From contig CAVVEU010000013.1 of the NCBI GenBank assembly GCA_963747235.1, positions 327,517 to 391,516 on the forward strand: DNA of 64,000 nt, written 5' to 3'. Shown here in pieces: positions 29,070-40,545 of the stretch. The first letter of the stretch is position 1. Every line of letters starts with the position of its first letter. Below the pieces are notes generated by a model. The model made no database searches, was not told the origin of the DNA, and was given only the letters and a program-made list of their open reading frames with translations. Made by a program: the position numbers and the translations under genes. The stretch is from an uncultured Candidatus Rokubacteria bacterium. GTDB lineage: Bacteria > Methylomirabilota > Methylomirabilia > Rokubacteriales > CSP1-6.

Positions 29070-30752
29070 GTGTGGAGATCGCTTCTCCTCGCGCTCGCGC
29101 TGCTGCCGGGGCTCGCCGCCCCGGCAGTGGCGCAGAGCGCGGGGTCCTCTCCGGAGATCGCCAGGCACATCACCGACGTGACCTCGGCCGACTCGGCCGT
29201 CCAGGAGGCCGCCGCGGTCGCGCTCGGCAAGACGGGCGACCGCCAGATCCTGCCGCTGCTGGAGGCGCTGCGCGAGGGCAGCGTCTACGTGCGGTCGCTC
29301 CCCGGGGGCAAGAAGGACACCGTCATCGTCGGCGACAAGGTCAGCGAGGGCGACAAGACGCTGGTCCCGCTCTTCACCGCCTACGGGCGTGAGCCGATCG
29401 CCGGCCCCGACGGCAAGCCGCTGCTGGCCGACCTGTCCACCCTCGGAGAAGTCTCGACCGGGCGAAGCCTGCGGATCGCCATCCGCCCGCTGATCGACGC
29501 GTTCTCCGGCCAGAGCGACCTCACCAACCCCGATCCGGCCGCGCGGCGCGCCGCCGCCACCAAGATGGCGTACACCGGGGACGCGGCGACGCTCAAGCTC
29601 CTCGAGGACGCCCTGCCGAAGGAGACCGATCGCTGGGTGCGCTTCGCCCTCGAGGAAGGCGCGGCCCTGATCCGGCTCCGCCTCGGGGACCCCGCCGAGC
29701 GGGTGATCGCGGCCGAGACGCTCGGGCGCCTGCGCAGCGCCAACGCGATGGAGCCGCTCTACCAGATCGCGGGGGATCCCCAGGCGGCGCCCTCGCTCGC
29801 CGCCGCCGCGCAGATCGCGGTGAAGCGCATCGAGCGCTGGGGGCTCTTCACCCAGGCCATCGAGATCGCCTTCCAGGGCCTGTCGCTGTCCTCGATCCTG
29901 CTCCTGATGGCCCTCGGGCTCGCGATCGTGTTCGGGCTCATGGGCGTCATCAACATGGCCCACGGCGAGCTGATGGCGCTCGGCGCCTATTCGACGTTCC
30001 TGATGCAGGGCTGGTTCGCGACGTACCTGCCGGGGAGCTTCGACTACTACTTCCTGGTCGCGCTACCGTTCTCGTTCCTGGTCTCGGCATCCGCCGGCTT
30101 CCTGCTCGAGCGGGGAGTGATCCGGTTCCTCTACGGCCGGCCGCTCGAGACGCTGCTGCTGACCTGGGGCGTGAGCCTCATGATCCAGCAAGGTCTCCGG
30201 CTCTGGTTCGGCGCGGCCAACGTGGACGTGAGCTCGCCCCGCTGGCTGTCGGGCGGGATCCCGGTCATGATCGGCGTGCAGCTCCCGTACAACCGCCTCT
30301 TCATCATCGCCCTGGCCACGGTCAGCGTGGGCGCGATGTACCTCCTGCTCTTCCGGACCGACGCGGGCCTGCGCATCCGCGCGGTCACCCAGAACCGCGG
30401 GATGGCCGCCTGTCTGGGCGTGCGTGCGCGGTGGGTGGACGCGGGAACGTTCGCCCTCGGGGCGGGGCTGGCCGGCCTGGCCGGCTGTGCCATCACCCAG
30501 ATCGGCAACGTGGGCCCCGAGCTCGGCCAGAACTACATCGTGGACTCCTTCATGGTGGTGGTCACCGGCGGCGTCGGCAAGCTCGCCGGGAGCATCCTCG
30601 CCGCGATCGGCATCGGCGGGCTGAACAAGATCATCGAACCGGGAATGGGGGCGGTATTCGGGAAGGTCCTGATCCTGGTCCTCGTCATCCTGTTCATCCA
30701 GCGGCGGCCGTCGGGGCTCTTCGCGACCAAGGGACGCTATGCGGAGTCTTGA
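29070..30752 (+). CDS. urtB: Urea ABC transporter permease with N-terminal HEAT-like domain
   Basis: FGLMGVINMAHGE, YGRPLETLL.TWG, QNR.MA, YIVDSFMVVV.GG. Confidence 0.93.
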   Translation: MWRSLLLALALLPGLAAPAVAQSAGSSPEIARHITDVTSADSAVQEAAAVALGKTGDRQILPLLEALREGSVYVRSLPGGKKDTVIVGDKVSEGDKTLVPLFTAYGREPIAGPDGKPLLADLSTLGEVSTGRSLRIAIRPLIDAFSGQSDLTNPDPAARRAAATKMAYTGDAATLKLLEDALPKETDRWVRFALEEGAALIRLRLGDPAERVIAAETLGRLRSANAMEPLYQIAGDPQAAPSLAAAAQIAVKRIERWGLFTQAIEIAFQGLSLSSILLLMALGLAIVFGLMGVINMAHGELMALGAYSTFLMQGWFATYLPGSFDYYFLVALPFSFLVSASAGFLLERGVIRFLYGRPLETLLLTWGVSLMIQQGLRLWFGAANVDVSSPRWLSGGIPVMIGVQLPYNRLFIIALATVSVGAMYLLLFRTDAGLRIRAVTQNRGMAACLGVRARWVDAGTFALGAGLAGLAGCAITQIGNVGPELGQNYIVDSFMVVVTGGVGKLAGSILAAIGIGGLNKIIEPGMGAVFGKVLILVLVILFIQRRPSGLFATKGRYAES

Positions 30753-31911
30753 ACGCTGGGGCCTCGTCGCGGGCGCGATCGCGGTGGTGGCCGTGCTCCC
30801 GACGCTCAACGCGCTTCCGCCGGGCTCCCCGCTGCGCGTGTCCGACTTCACCCTGAATCTCTTCGGCAAGTTCCTGGCCTACGCGATCCTCGCGCTCGGC
30901 ATCGACCTGATCTGGGGCTATACCGGGGTCCTCTCGCTGGGGCACGGCGTCTTCTTCGGGCTCGGGGCGTACGCGATGGGCATGCACCTGATGCTGGAGA
31001 TCGGCACCCGGAGCGTCTACGGCAACGTGCTGCCGGACTTCATGGTCTGGAACCAGGTGACCGAGCTGCCGCTGTTCTGGAAGCCGTTCTACAGCGGCCC
31101 GTTCACCCTGGTCGCGGTGCTCGTCGTGCCCGCGCTCTTCGCCTACGTGTTCGGCTACCTGACCTTCCGCAGCCGCATCCGGGGCGTCTACTTCTCGATC
31201 ATCACCCAGGCCCTCGCGCTTTCCACGTGGCTCCTGTTCAACCGCAACGCGATGAACCTGGGCGGCACCAATGGCCTGAGCGGCTTCAAGAGCGTCTTCG
31301 GCTTCACGCTCAACAGCGCGGCCACCCAGCGCGGGCTCTACATCGTCACCGCGCTGTGCCTCTGCGGGGCCTTTCTCCTGTGCCGGTGGATCACGCGCTC
31401 GCCGGCGGGCCGGGTGCTGATCGCCATCCGCGACAGCGAGAACCGCGTGCTCTTCTCCGGGTACTCGCCGGCCGCGTTCAAGCTCTTCGTGTTCGTGGTC
31501 TCCGCGGTGCTGGCCGGCGTGGCGGGCGCCCTCTACGTCCCGCAGGTCGGCATCATCACCCCGGCCAAGATCGGGGTGCTCCCGTCCATCGAGATGATCA
31601 TCTGGGTGGCGGTGGGCGGGCGCGGGACCCTGCTGGGGCCGGTGGTGGGCGCCCTCGGGGTCAACTGGCTGCAGAGCCTGCTGACGACGCACTACCCGGA
31701 CCTCTGGCTGCTCGTGCTGGGCGGCCTGTTCGTGGCGGTGGTGCTGTTCTTCCCCGATGGAGTGGTGGGCACCGCGCAGAAGCTGATCACCCGGGCACGT
31801 CCACCGGCAAGGGAGGGAGATGGTGTGCGGACGACCGGACACCCCGATGAGGGCCCGAGGCCCGAAGAGGCCAAACCGCCAACCGAAGTCCCCCACATTC
31901 AGGCGCGCTGA
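30739..31911 (+). CDS. urtC: Urea ABC transporter permease
   Basis: DLIWGYTGVLSLGH, FRSRIRGVYFSIITQA, AIRDSENR, YVPQVGII. Confidence 0.93.
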   Translation: MRSLERWGLVAGAIAVVAVLPTLNALPPGSPLRVSDFTLNLFGKFLAYAILALGIDLIWGYTGVLSLGHGVFFGLGAYAMGMHLMLEIGTRSVYGNVLPDFMVWNQVTELPLFWKPFYSGPFTLVAVLVVPALFAYVFGYLTFRSRIRGVYFSIITQALALSTWLLFNRNAMNLGGTNGLSGFKSVFGFTLNSAATQRGLYIVTALCLCGAFLLCRWITRSPAGRVLIAIRDSENRVLFSGYSPAAFKLFVFVVSAVLAGVAGALYVPQVGIITPAKIGVLPSIEMIIWVAVGGRGTLLGPVVGALGVNWLQSLLTTHYPDLWLLVLGGLFVAVVLFFPDGVVGTAQKLITRARPPAREGDGVRTTGHPDEGPRPEEAKPPTEVPHIQAR

Positions 31912-32679
31912 ATGAACTCGATCATCTACCTGGAGAACGTCACCGTCGACTTCGACGGGTTCAAGGCGCTCCACGACCTGAACTTCTTCATGGACTACCA
32001 CGAGCTGCGCGTCGTGATCGGGCCCAACGGGGCCGGGAAGACCACGCTGCTCGACGTGATCTCGGGCAAGGTGCAGCCGGTCGCCGGCCGCGTGATCTTC
32101 GGCAAGCACACCGAGCTGGTCGGGCTCCGCGAGAACGAGATCGCGAGCCTCGGCATCGGGCGCAAGTTCCAGACCCCGTCCGTCTTCGCCAATCTGAGCG
32201 TGTGCGAGAACCTGGAGCTGTCGCTGGCCCGCCCGAGCAAGGCGGTCCTGGCCACCCTGCGGGCCCGCCTGGACGCCGAGCAGCGGGGCCGCGTCGAGGA
32301 GACCCTCGAGACGATCGGCCTCGGCGGCCGCGGGGCGGAGCGGGCGGGCGGGCTCTCGCACGGCGAGAAGCAGTGGCTCGAGATCGGCATGGTCATCGTG
32401 CAGCAGGCCGCGCTCCTCCTGGTGGACGAGCCGGTGGCCGGCATGACCGACGAGGAGACCGCGCGGACCGCCGAGCTTCTCCTGTCCATCGCACGGGATC
32501 GGGCGGTGCTCGTCATCGAGCACGACATGGAGTTCGTGCGGAGCCTGGCCCGGAAAGTCACCGTGCTGCACGAGGGCAGCGTCCTCTGCGAGGGCTCGGT
32601 GGACCAGGTGCAGCAGGACGAGCGGGTGCGAGAGGTGTACCTGGGCCGGAGCGGCTCGAAGGCGGCGGCGCATGCTTGA
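31912..32679 (+). CDS. urtD: Urea ABC transporter ATP-binding protein
   Basis: GPNGAGKTT, GRKFQTP, LSHGEKQWLEIGM, DEPVAGM. Confidence 0.93.
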   Translation: MNSIIYLENVTVDFDGFKALHDLNFFMDYHELRVVIGPNGAGKTTLLDVISGKVQPVAGRVIFGKHTELVGLRENEIASLGIGRKFQTPSVFANLSVCENLELSLARPSKAVLATLRARLDAEQRGRVEETLETIGLGGRGAERAGGLSHGEKQWLEIGMVIVQQAALLLVDEPVAGMTDEETARTAELLLSIARDRAVLVIEHDMEFVRSLARKVTVLHEGSVLCEGSVDQVQQDERVREVYLGRSGSKAAAHA

Positions 32680-33376
32680 GGTGCGGGGCCTCAACGCCTT
32701 CTACGGCGAGAGCCAGGTGCTCTGGGACGTCTCTCTCGAGGTCCCGGCGGGTAGCGTGGTGTGCCTCATGGGGCGCAACGGGGTGGGCAAGACCACGCTG
32801 CTCAAGTCCATCATGGGGCTCCTGCCGGTGCGCTCGGGCCGGGTCACCTTCGACGGGACCGACCTGGGCGGCCGGCGTCCCGAGGACCGGGCCTCGTGCG
32901 GCATCGGCTATGTGCCCCAGGGCCGCGAGATCTTTCCGACGCTCACGGTGCAGGAGAACCTGCGCATGGGCATGCTCGGACGGGGGCGCGCCGGGAGGAA
33001 CAGCCACGGCGACCCCCTCGAGCACGTCTTCGAGCTCTTCCCGAAGCTGAAGGTGCTGCTCGGCCGCAAGGGCGGCGTCCTCTCGGGTGGCGAGCAGCAG
33101 CAACTCGCCATCGCCCGGGTGCTGCTGGCGCGCCCGAAGCTCCTCCTGATGGACGAGCCCACCGAGGGCATCCAGCCCTCGGTCATCGACCAGATCGAGG
33201 AGGCCATCGAGCGGATCAGGGCGCAGGGCATCTCGGTGCTCCTGGTCGAGCAGTACCTCGAGTTCGCCTGGCGACTGGCCTCCGCCTACGCGATCATGCG
33301 CAAGGGCACGATCGTGTCGAGAGGCGCCACGAAGGATCTCCGGGAGGATATGGTCAGGCAGCACCTGACGGTTTAA
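32672..33376 (+). CDS. urtE: Urea ABC transporter ATP-binding protein
   Basis: [38 protein letters not shown]. Confidence 0.93.
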   Translation: MLEVRGLNAFYGESQVLWDVSLEVPAGSVVCLMGRNGVGKTTLLKSIMGLLPVRSGRVTFDGTDLGGRRPEDRASCGIGYVPQGREIFPTLTVQENLRMGMLGRGRAGRNSHGDPLEHVFELFPKLKVLLGRKGGVLSGGEQQQLAIARVLLARPKLLLMDEPTEGIQPSVIDQIEEAIERIRAQGISVLLVEQYLEFAWRLASAYAIMRKGTIVSRGATKDLREDMVRQHLTV

Positions 33377-33385
33377 ACTCCCCCA

Positions 33386-33688
33386 ATGCACCTGACCCCC
33401 CGCGAGCAGGACAAGCTGCTCATCTTCACCGCCTCGGAGCTGGCCCGCCGGCGCCGGGCCCGCGGCCTCAAGCTGAACTATCCCGAGGCGCTCGCCCTCA
33501 TCACCGCCGAGATCCTGGAAGGCATCCGCGACGGCCGCACCGTCTCCGACCTCATGGCCTTCGGCATCACGATCCTGAATCGCGACGACGTGATGGAGGG
33601 CGTGCCGGAGATGCTGGAAGAAGTGCAGGTCGAGGGCACGTTCCCGGACGGGACGAAGCTGGTTACGGTGCATCACCCGATTCGGTGA
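33386..33688 (+). CDS. ureA: Urease gamma subunit
   Basis: [31 protein letters not shown]. Confidence 0.97.
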   Translation: MHLTPREQDKLLIFTASELARRRRARGLKLNYPEALALITAEILEGIRDGRTVSDLMAFGITILNRDDVMEGVPEMLEEVQVEGTFPDGTKLVTVHHPIR

Positions 33689-33696
33689 GAGGACTC

Positions 33697-34064
33697 ATGA
33701 TCCCAGGCGAGTACCTGCTCGGCGAGGGGGATATCGAGGCCAACGTAGGGCGCCGGACGGTGCCGCTCACGGTGGCGAATACGGCGGATCGGCCGATCCA
33801 GGTGGGGTCGCACTTTCACTTCTTCGAGGCGAACCGGGGGCTTCGGTTCGATCGCGAGAAGGCGTTCGGGATGCGGCTCAACGTGCCGGCAGGGACCGCG
33901 GTGCGCTTCGAGCCCGGAGACGAGAAGGTGGTGACCCTGGTGGAGCTGGGCGGCGCGCGCGAGGTCTACGGCCTCAACGCGCTCACCGATGGCTCCGCGA
34001 GCGGGCCCGGCCGGGCCGCCAGCCTCCAGCGCGCGAAGGCGGGCGGCTTCCTCGGGGCCGGCTC

Positions 34065-34068
<4 letters not shown>
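33697..34068 (+). CDS. ureB: Urease beta subunit
   Basis: [31 protein letters not shown]. Confidence 0.97.
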
Positions 34069-35780
<1,712 letters not shown>

Positions 35781-35784
35781 CGCG

Positions 35785-36225
35785 ATGCGGGTGATCACCG
35801 AGGCGCCGGTTCCGATGGACGCCGCGGCGCTGGAGGGCAAGACGCGGGACACGCTCCGCCTGACCTGGGAGGAGCGGCGCTGGACGCGCAAGAAGGCCGT
35901 GACCACGGGTGGCCGGGAGATCGCGCTGGCGCTGCCGACCGGCACCGTCCTCGAGCCGGGCGACGTGCTCGTGGTGGAGGAGCACTGGTACCTGCTCGTG
36001 GAGGCCCGGCCGGAGCCGGTGCTCGCCCTCTTCCCCGAGAGCTACGAGGCGGCGGTGCGCATCGCCTTCGACGTGGGGAACCGCCACTTCTCCCTCGGCG
36101 GCGACGCGGACACGCTGCTGGTGCCCGACGACACCGCGATGGAGGATCTGGTGCGGCGGCTCGGGGTCCGCTGGGAGCGCCGTGAGGTCATGTACTCGCC
36201 ATTGCACGGGGGCGGCGATGACTGA
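35785..36225 (+). CDS. ureE: Urease accessory protein UreE
   Basis: L.W..R.., GDVL, AFDVGNRH; no His-rich tail. Confidence 0.85.
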   Translation: MRVITEAPVPMDAAALEGKTRDTLRLTWEERRWTRKKAVTTGGREIALALPTGTVLEPGDVLVVEEHWYLLVEARPEPVLALFPESYEAAVRIAFDVGNRHFSLGGDADTLLVPDDTAMEDLVRRLGVRWERREVMYSPLHGGGDD

Positions 36226-36907
36226 CCCGCGGCTGGTCTCGCTGCTCCACTTCGCCGACAGCGCCTTCCCCACCGGCGGCTACGCGCATTCCTTCGGGCT
36301 CGAGCACTACTGCCAGGCCGGGATCGTACGCGACCGGGACGGGCTCGAGCGCTTCCTGCTGACGCAGCTCGAGGGCGCCGCGGGCCCCTGCGACGCCACC
36401 GCCGCCGCGGGAGCGCTGCGGGCTCTGAATCGCGGCGATCTCGAGGCCTGCCACCGCCTGGACGAGGCGCTCGAGGCCATGAAGGTCGTCAAGGAGTTCC
36501 GCGAGGGCAGCCGGCAGATGGGGCGGCAGACCCTCCGTGTGGCCGCCGCGCTCATCGGCGAGCCGCGCCTGGCCGCGTACCTCGACGAGGTCAACGCGCA
36601 GCGAGCGCCCGGCCACCACGCGGTGGCCTTCGGCATGGTCGCGGGCGCGCTCGGCTGGGAGGCGGAGGCCGCGGTGACCGCGTTCCTCTACTCGACCACC
36701 GCGCTGCTGGTGGGCGCGGCCCTCCGGCTGATGCCCATGGGCCAGCTCGAGGGGCAGGCGGTCCTGTGGAGCCTCCACCCCGTGATCGAGCGCGTGGCGC
36801 GGGAGGCGGCCGAGCGCCCGCCGGCCGATCTCTGGAGCTTCACGCCCGGGCTGGACATCCAGGGCATGCTCCACGAGCGCCTCGACGCGCGCCTGTTCCG
36901 CTCATGA
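36218..36907 (+). CDS. ureF: Urease accessory protein UreF
   Basis: [16 protein letters not shown]...[11 protein letters not shown]. Confidence 0.93.
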   Translation: MTDPRLVSLLHFADSAFPTGGYAHSFGLEHYCQAGIVRDRDGLERFLLTQLEGAAGPCDATAAAGALRALNRGDLEACHRLDEALEAMKVVKEFREGSRQMGRQTLRVAAALIGEPRLAAYLDEVNAQRAPGHHAVAFGMVAGALGWEAEAAVTAFLYSTTALLVGAALRLMPMGQLEGQAVLWSLHPVIERVAREAAERPPADLWSFTPGLDIQGMLHERLDARLFRS

Positions 36908-37521
36908 CCGGGCTGCCCCGGCCGCTCAAGATCGGCATCGGCGGGCCGGTGGGCTCCGGCAAGACCGCGCTCGTCGAGACGCTGTCGCTCCGGCTCCGGG
37001 ACCACTTCGACATGGCGGTGATCACCAACGACATCTACACGCAGGAGGACGCCCAGTTCCTGATCCGGCGAGGCGCCTTGCCCGCCGACCGGGTGGTGGG
37101 CGTGGAGACGGGCGGCTGCCCGCACACCGCGATTCGCGAGGACGCCTCGGTGAATCTCGAGGCGGTGCACGGGCTCATGGGACGCTTCCCCGGGCTCGAG
37201 CTGCTCTTCGTGGAGAGCGGCGGCGACAATCTCGCCGCGACGTTCAGCCCGGAGCTGGTGGACGCCACGATCTACGTGATCGACGTGGCCCAGGGGGAGA
37301 AGATCCCCCGCAAGGGAGGGCCGGGCATCATGCGCTCCGACCTCCTGGTGATCAACAAGATCGACCTCGCGCCCCACGTCGGCGCGGATCTCGGCGTGAT
37401 GGAGCGCGACGCCAAGCGCATGCGAGGAGAACGCCCGTTTGTCTTCACCAATCTCCGGGAAGGCATCGGCGTCGACGCCGTGGTCTCCTGGATCCGACAC
37501 GACCTCCTCTTCGAGCCCTGA
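36904..37521 (+). CDS. ureG: Urease accessory GTPase UreG
   Basis: [28 protein letters not shown]. Confidence 0.96.
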   Translation: MTGLPRPLKIGIGGPVGSGKTALVETLSLRLRDHFDMAVITNDIYTQEDAQFLIRRGALPADRVVGVETGGCPHTAIREDASVNLEAVHGLMGRFPGLELLFVESGGDNLAATFSPELVDATIYVIDVAQGEKIPRKGGPGIMRSDLLVINKIDLAPHVGADLGVMERDAKRMRGERPFVFTNLREGIGVDAVVSWIRHDLLFEP

Positions 37522-38381
37522 GGCGCGGCCCGCGCTCGGCCGCACCGGCCGGGATGGGCGCCTCCACCTGGCCTTCGAGGCCCGGGGTGGGCGCACCGTG
37601 CTCACGGCGCGGCGCTTCACGCTGCCGCTGCAGGCGCTCGAGCCGATGGACCTCGACGGCGACGGCGTCGCCACGCTGCTGCTGCTGAACCCGACGGGAG
37701 GGCTCCTGGCGGGCGATCGCCTCGAGACCGATATCGTACTGGCCCCGGGGAGCCGCGTCTGCCTGTCCACGCCCTCGGCCACGCGGGTGTACCGCAGCCC
37801 GGGCCCCGTCGCCGTCCAGCGGGTCACGATGGACGTGGGACGCGGCGCGGCGCTCGAGTGGTTGCCCGATCACCTGATCCCGTCACCGGGCGCGCGGCTC
37901 CGTCAGACGACCGAGATCCGGCTGGCCGCGGACGCCACGCTGCTCTACCTCGACGCGTGGGCGACGGGGCGCGCGGCACGCGGCGAGGCCTGGGGCTTCG
38001 ACCTGCTGGACAGCAGCCTCCTGGTTCGCGACGAGGCCGGGCCACTGCTCCGGGAGCGGTCGATCCTGGCCGGGCGCCCGCCGCGGGACGGGCTGGGAGG
38101 TACCGAAGGCTTCGCCTACGTCGCGACGTTCCTGGCCATGCGGCCGGCCGGACTGGCCACGCAGCCGGACTGGGAGGATTTGGCCAGCGCGCTCCAGGAG
38201 GGATGCCGGCGTCTCGCCGGACGGAGGTCGCGTAGGAGTGACGACACTCGCTCGCGGTGGCGTGCTCGCCCGGCTGCTCTGCCCGTCGGCGCCCACGCTT
38301 CACGACGTGGTGCACGCGCTGTGGGCCACGTGCCGGCGACGGCTGCTCGGACTTCCTCCCGCACGGCTGCGAAAGCTCTAG
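37439..38381 (+). CDS. ureD: Urease accessory protein UreD (start uncertain, frameshift near 38200)
   Basis: [30 protein letters not shown]; corrected frame ends RLRKL-stop at 38381. Confidence 0.85.
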
Positions 38382-38448
38382 GCAATGCTGCTCGCCGGTC
38401 GGGCACCCATTAGCCGGATGTCAGCTTCAGACGACCAACATATTGATT
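38368..38448. promoter_or_regulatory. Paired enhancer-like sites plus IHF site upstream of atzF
   Basis: TGCGA-N7-AGGCA (38368), TGCTC-N7-GGGCA (38389); minus-strand AATCAATATGTTG (38436-38448) matches the IHF consensus. Confidence 0.6.
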
Positions 38449-38465
38449 CCATGGACTGGCGTATC

Positions 38466-38481
38466 GGGCACGTCGCTTGCG
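38466..38481 (+). promoter_or_regulatory. Sigma54 -24/-12 promoter of atz-like operon
   Basis: GGGCACGTCGCTTGCG (GG-N10-GC). Confidence 0.72.
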
Positions 38482-38543
38482 GCGTGCCCGGCGTAAGGAG
38501 GGGCTCATGACGTCAGCCGGTCACTCGGTCCCCTGCCACCTGC

Positions 38544-40346
38544 ATGACTGAGCCCGGGAGCATGCCGGGCATCGGCCCGCTGCTCGCGGCCTACGCGGAC
38601 GGATCGCGGACCCCCGCGGCGGTGCTGCGCGAGCTGTACGCGACCCTGGCGCGTCGGGGCACCGACCACGTCTGGATTCACGTCCTGCCCCTGGAAGATG
38701 CGCTGCGGCAGCTCGAGGCGGTGGAAGCCCGCCGGCGCGCGGGCGCCGCGCTGCCGCTCTTCGGCGTGCCGTTCGCGATCAAGGACAACATCGACGTGGC
38801 CGGCCATCCGACCACCGCCGGATGCCCGGCCTTCGCGTACAAGCCGGAGGCCACCGCCACGGTCGTGCGCCGCCTGCAGGAGGCCGGCGCGATCCTGGTG
38901 GGCAAGACCAACCTGGACCAGTTCGCGACCGGCCTCACCGGGACCCGGTCGCCGTACGGCGCGCTGTCGTCCGTGTTCGACGCCGACTACATCGCGGGCG
39001 GCTCGAGCTCCGGGTCGGCCGTGGCGGTGGCCGCGCGCCTGGTGGCCTTCGCGCTCGGCACCGACACCGCGGGCTCCGGACGGGTACCGGCCGCCTTCAA
39101 CGGCATCGTCGGGCTCAAGCCCACGCGCGGGCTGGTGAGCACGGCGGGCGTGATGCCGGCCTGCCGCTCGCTCGACTGCGTGTCGGTCCTGGCGCACACG
39201 GTGGAAGACGCCGCGCGCGTGCTCGACGTGGCCCGTGGCCTGGACGCGGCGGATCCCTACTCGCGCGAGGCCGGGGCGCCTCCCGCCGCGCTCGGCGCGG
39301 GCTTCCGCTTCGGCGTGCCCGCGGCCGCCCAGCTCGAGTTCTTCGGCGACGAGGCGGCGGCGCGCCTCTACGAGCGGGCGCTCGAGCGGCTCGAAGCGCT
39401 CGGTGGCCGTCGCGTGACGATCGATCTGGCGCCGTTCCGCGCAGCCGCCGACCTGCTCTACGCGGGGCCGTGGGTGGCGGAGCGCCTGGCCGCGCTGGGG
39501 CCGTTCTTCGACGCGCATCCCGAGGACATCCACCCGGTGGTGCGGGCCATCGTGGGCCGGGCGTCCACGATGACGGCGGTGGACGTCTTCGCCGGCATGT
39601 ACCGCCTGGAGGACCTCCGCCGCCAGGCGGACGCCCAGTGGGCGGGCATGGACGTGCTCGCGCTGCCGACCACCGGGACGATGTACCGCCACGCGGCGGT
39701 CGAGGACGACCCGGTCCGTCTCAACAGCAACCTCGGCTACTACACCAACTTCGTGAACCTGCTCGACTGCTGCGCGCTCGCGGTGCCCGCGGGGACGCGC
39801 CCGAGCGGGCTGCCGTTCGGGATCTCGCTGATCGCGCCCGCGTTCCAGGACGAGCGGCTGGTCGCCCTCGGCACCCAGTGGCAGCGCGAGCTGGAGGCGC
39901 GCGAGAGCGGGCCCGCGGCGCCACCGCGCGCGGCGGGGGAGCGCCTCGTGCCGGTGGCGGTGGTCGGCGCGCATCTCACCGGCCAGCCGCTGAATCGGGA
40001 GCTGACGGATCGCGGGGGGCGACTGGTTCGCGCCGCCCGCACCGCGCCGGTGTATCGTCTCTACGCGCTGGCCGGCACCTGGCCGCGGAAGCCCGGGCTG
40101 GTACGGGTGGACGGCAGAGCCGGGACGGCGATCGAGATCGAGGTGTGGGCGCTGGGGGAGGCCGCGTTCGGAAGCTTCGTGGCCGCGGTGCCGCCGCCCC
40201 TCGCGATCGGCACGCTCCTGCTGGAGGACGGCACGGCGGTGAAGGGGTTTCTCTGCGAGGCGCACGCGGTGGCGGGCGCCGACGACATCTCGCGGTACGG
40301 AGGCTGGCGCGCGTACCTGGCCGGCCGGGAGGGGCGTGATGGCTGA
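38544..40346 (+). CDS. atzF: Allophanate hydrolase
   Basis: FAIKDNID, GKTNLDQFATGL, GGSSSGS, GTDTAGSGRVPA, YTNFVNLLD, C-terminal VVGAHL...GGWRAYL. Confidence 0.93.
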   Translation: MTEPGSMPGIGPLLAAYADGSRTPAAVLRELYATLARRGTDHVWIHVLPLEDALRQLEAVEARRRAGAALPLFGVPFAIKDNIDVAGHPTTAGCPAFAYKPEATATVVRRLQEAGAILVGKTNLDQFATGLTGTRSPYGALSSVFDADYIAGGSSSGSAVAVAARLVAFALGTDTAGSGRVPAAFNGIVGLKPTRGLVSTAGVMPACRSLDCVSVLAHTVEDAARVLDVARGLDAADPYSREAGAPPAALGAGFRFGVPAAAQLEFFGDEAAARLYERALERLEALGGRRVTIDLAPFRAAADLLYAGPWVAERLAALGPFFDAHPEDIHPVVRAIVGRASTMTAVDVFAGMYRLEDLRRQADAQWAGMDVLALPTTGTMYRHAAVEDDPVRLNSNLGYYTNFVNLLDCCALAVPAGTRPSGLPFGISLIAPAFQDERLVALGTQWQRELEARESGPAAPPRAAGERLVPVAVVGAHLTGQPLNRELTDRGGRLVRAARTAPVYRLYALAGTWPRKPGLVRVDGRAGTAIEIEVWALGEAAFGSFVAAVPPPLAIGTLLLEDGTAVKGFLCEAHAVAGADDISRYGGWRAYLAGREGRDG

Positions 40347-40545
40347 GAGTCCGACATCCGATGATCTGGGCGAGGAGCTGGGCGCCTACGTGGACGAGAC
40401 GGCGAAGCGGGTCGGCCTGCCCATCGCCCCCGAGCACCGGCCCGGCGTGATCCAGTTCACCGGGATGCTGCTCGCCCAGGCGGCGCTCGTGACGGAGTTT
40501 CCGCTTCCGGACGACGTGGAGCCCGCGCCGGTGTTCCGGCCGTGA
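40339..40545 (+). CDS. AtzG-like / DUF4089 small protein
   Basis: 68 aa ending EPAPVFRP, directly before the AtzE-type amidase. Confidence 0.75.
   Translation: MAESPTSDDLGEELGAYVDETAKRVGLPIAPEHRPGVIQFTGMLLAQAALVTEFPLPDDVEPAPVFRP

Noticed and set aside
38507-38551. 14-codon His-containing uORF (MTSAGHSVPCHLHD) with a strong RBS before atzF, as a leader peptide
   Set aside because: One indel would make it the real AtzF N-terminus, and indels are common here; no attenuator structure seen.
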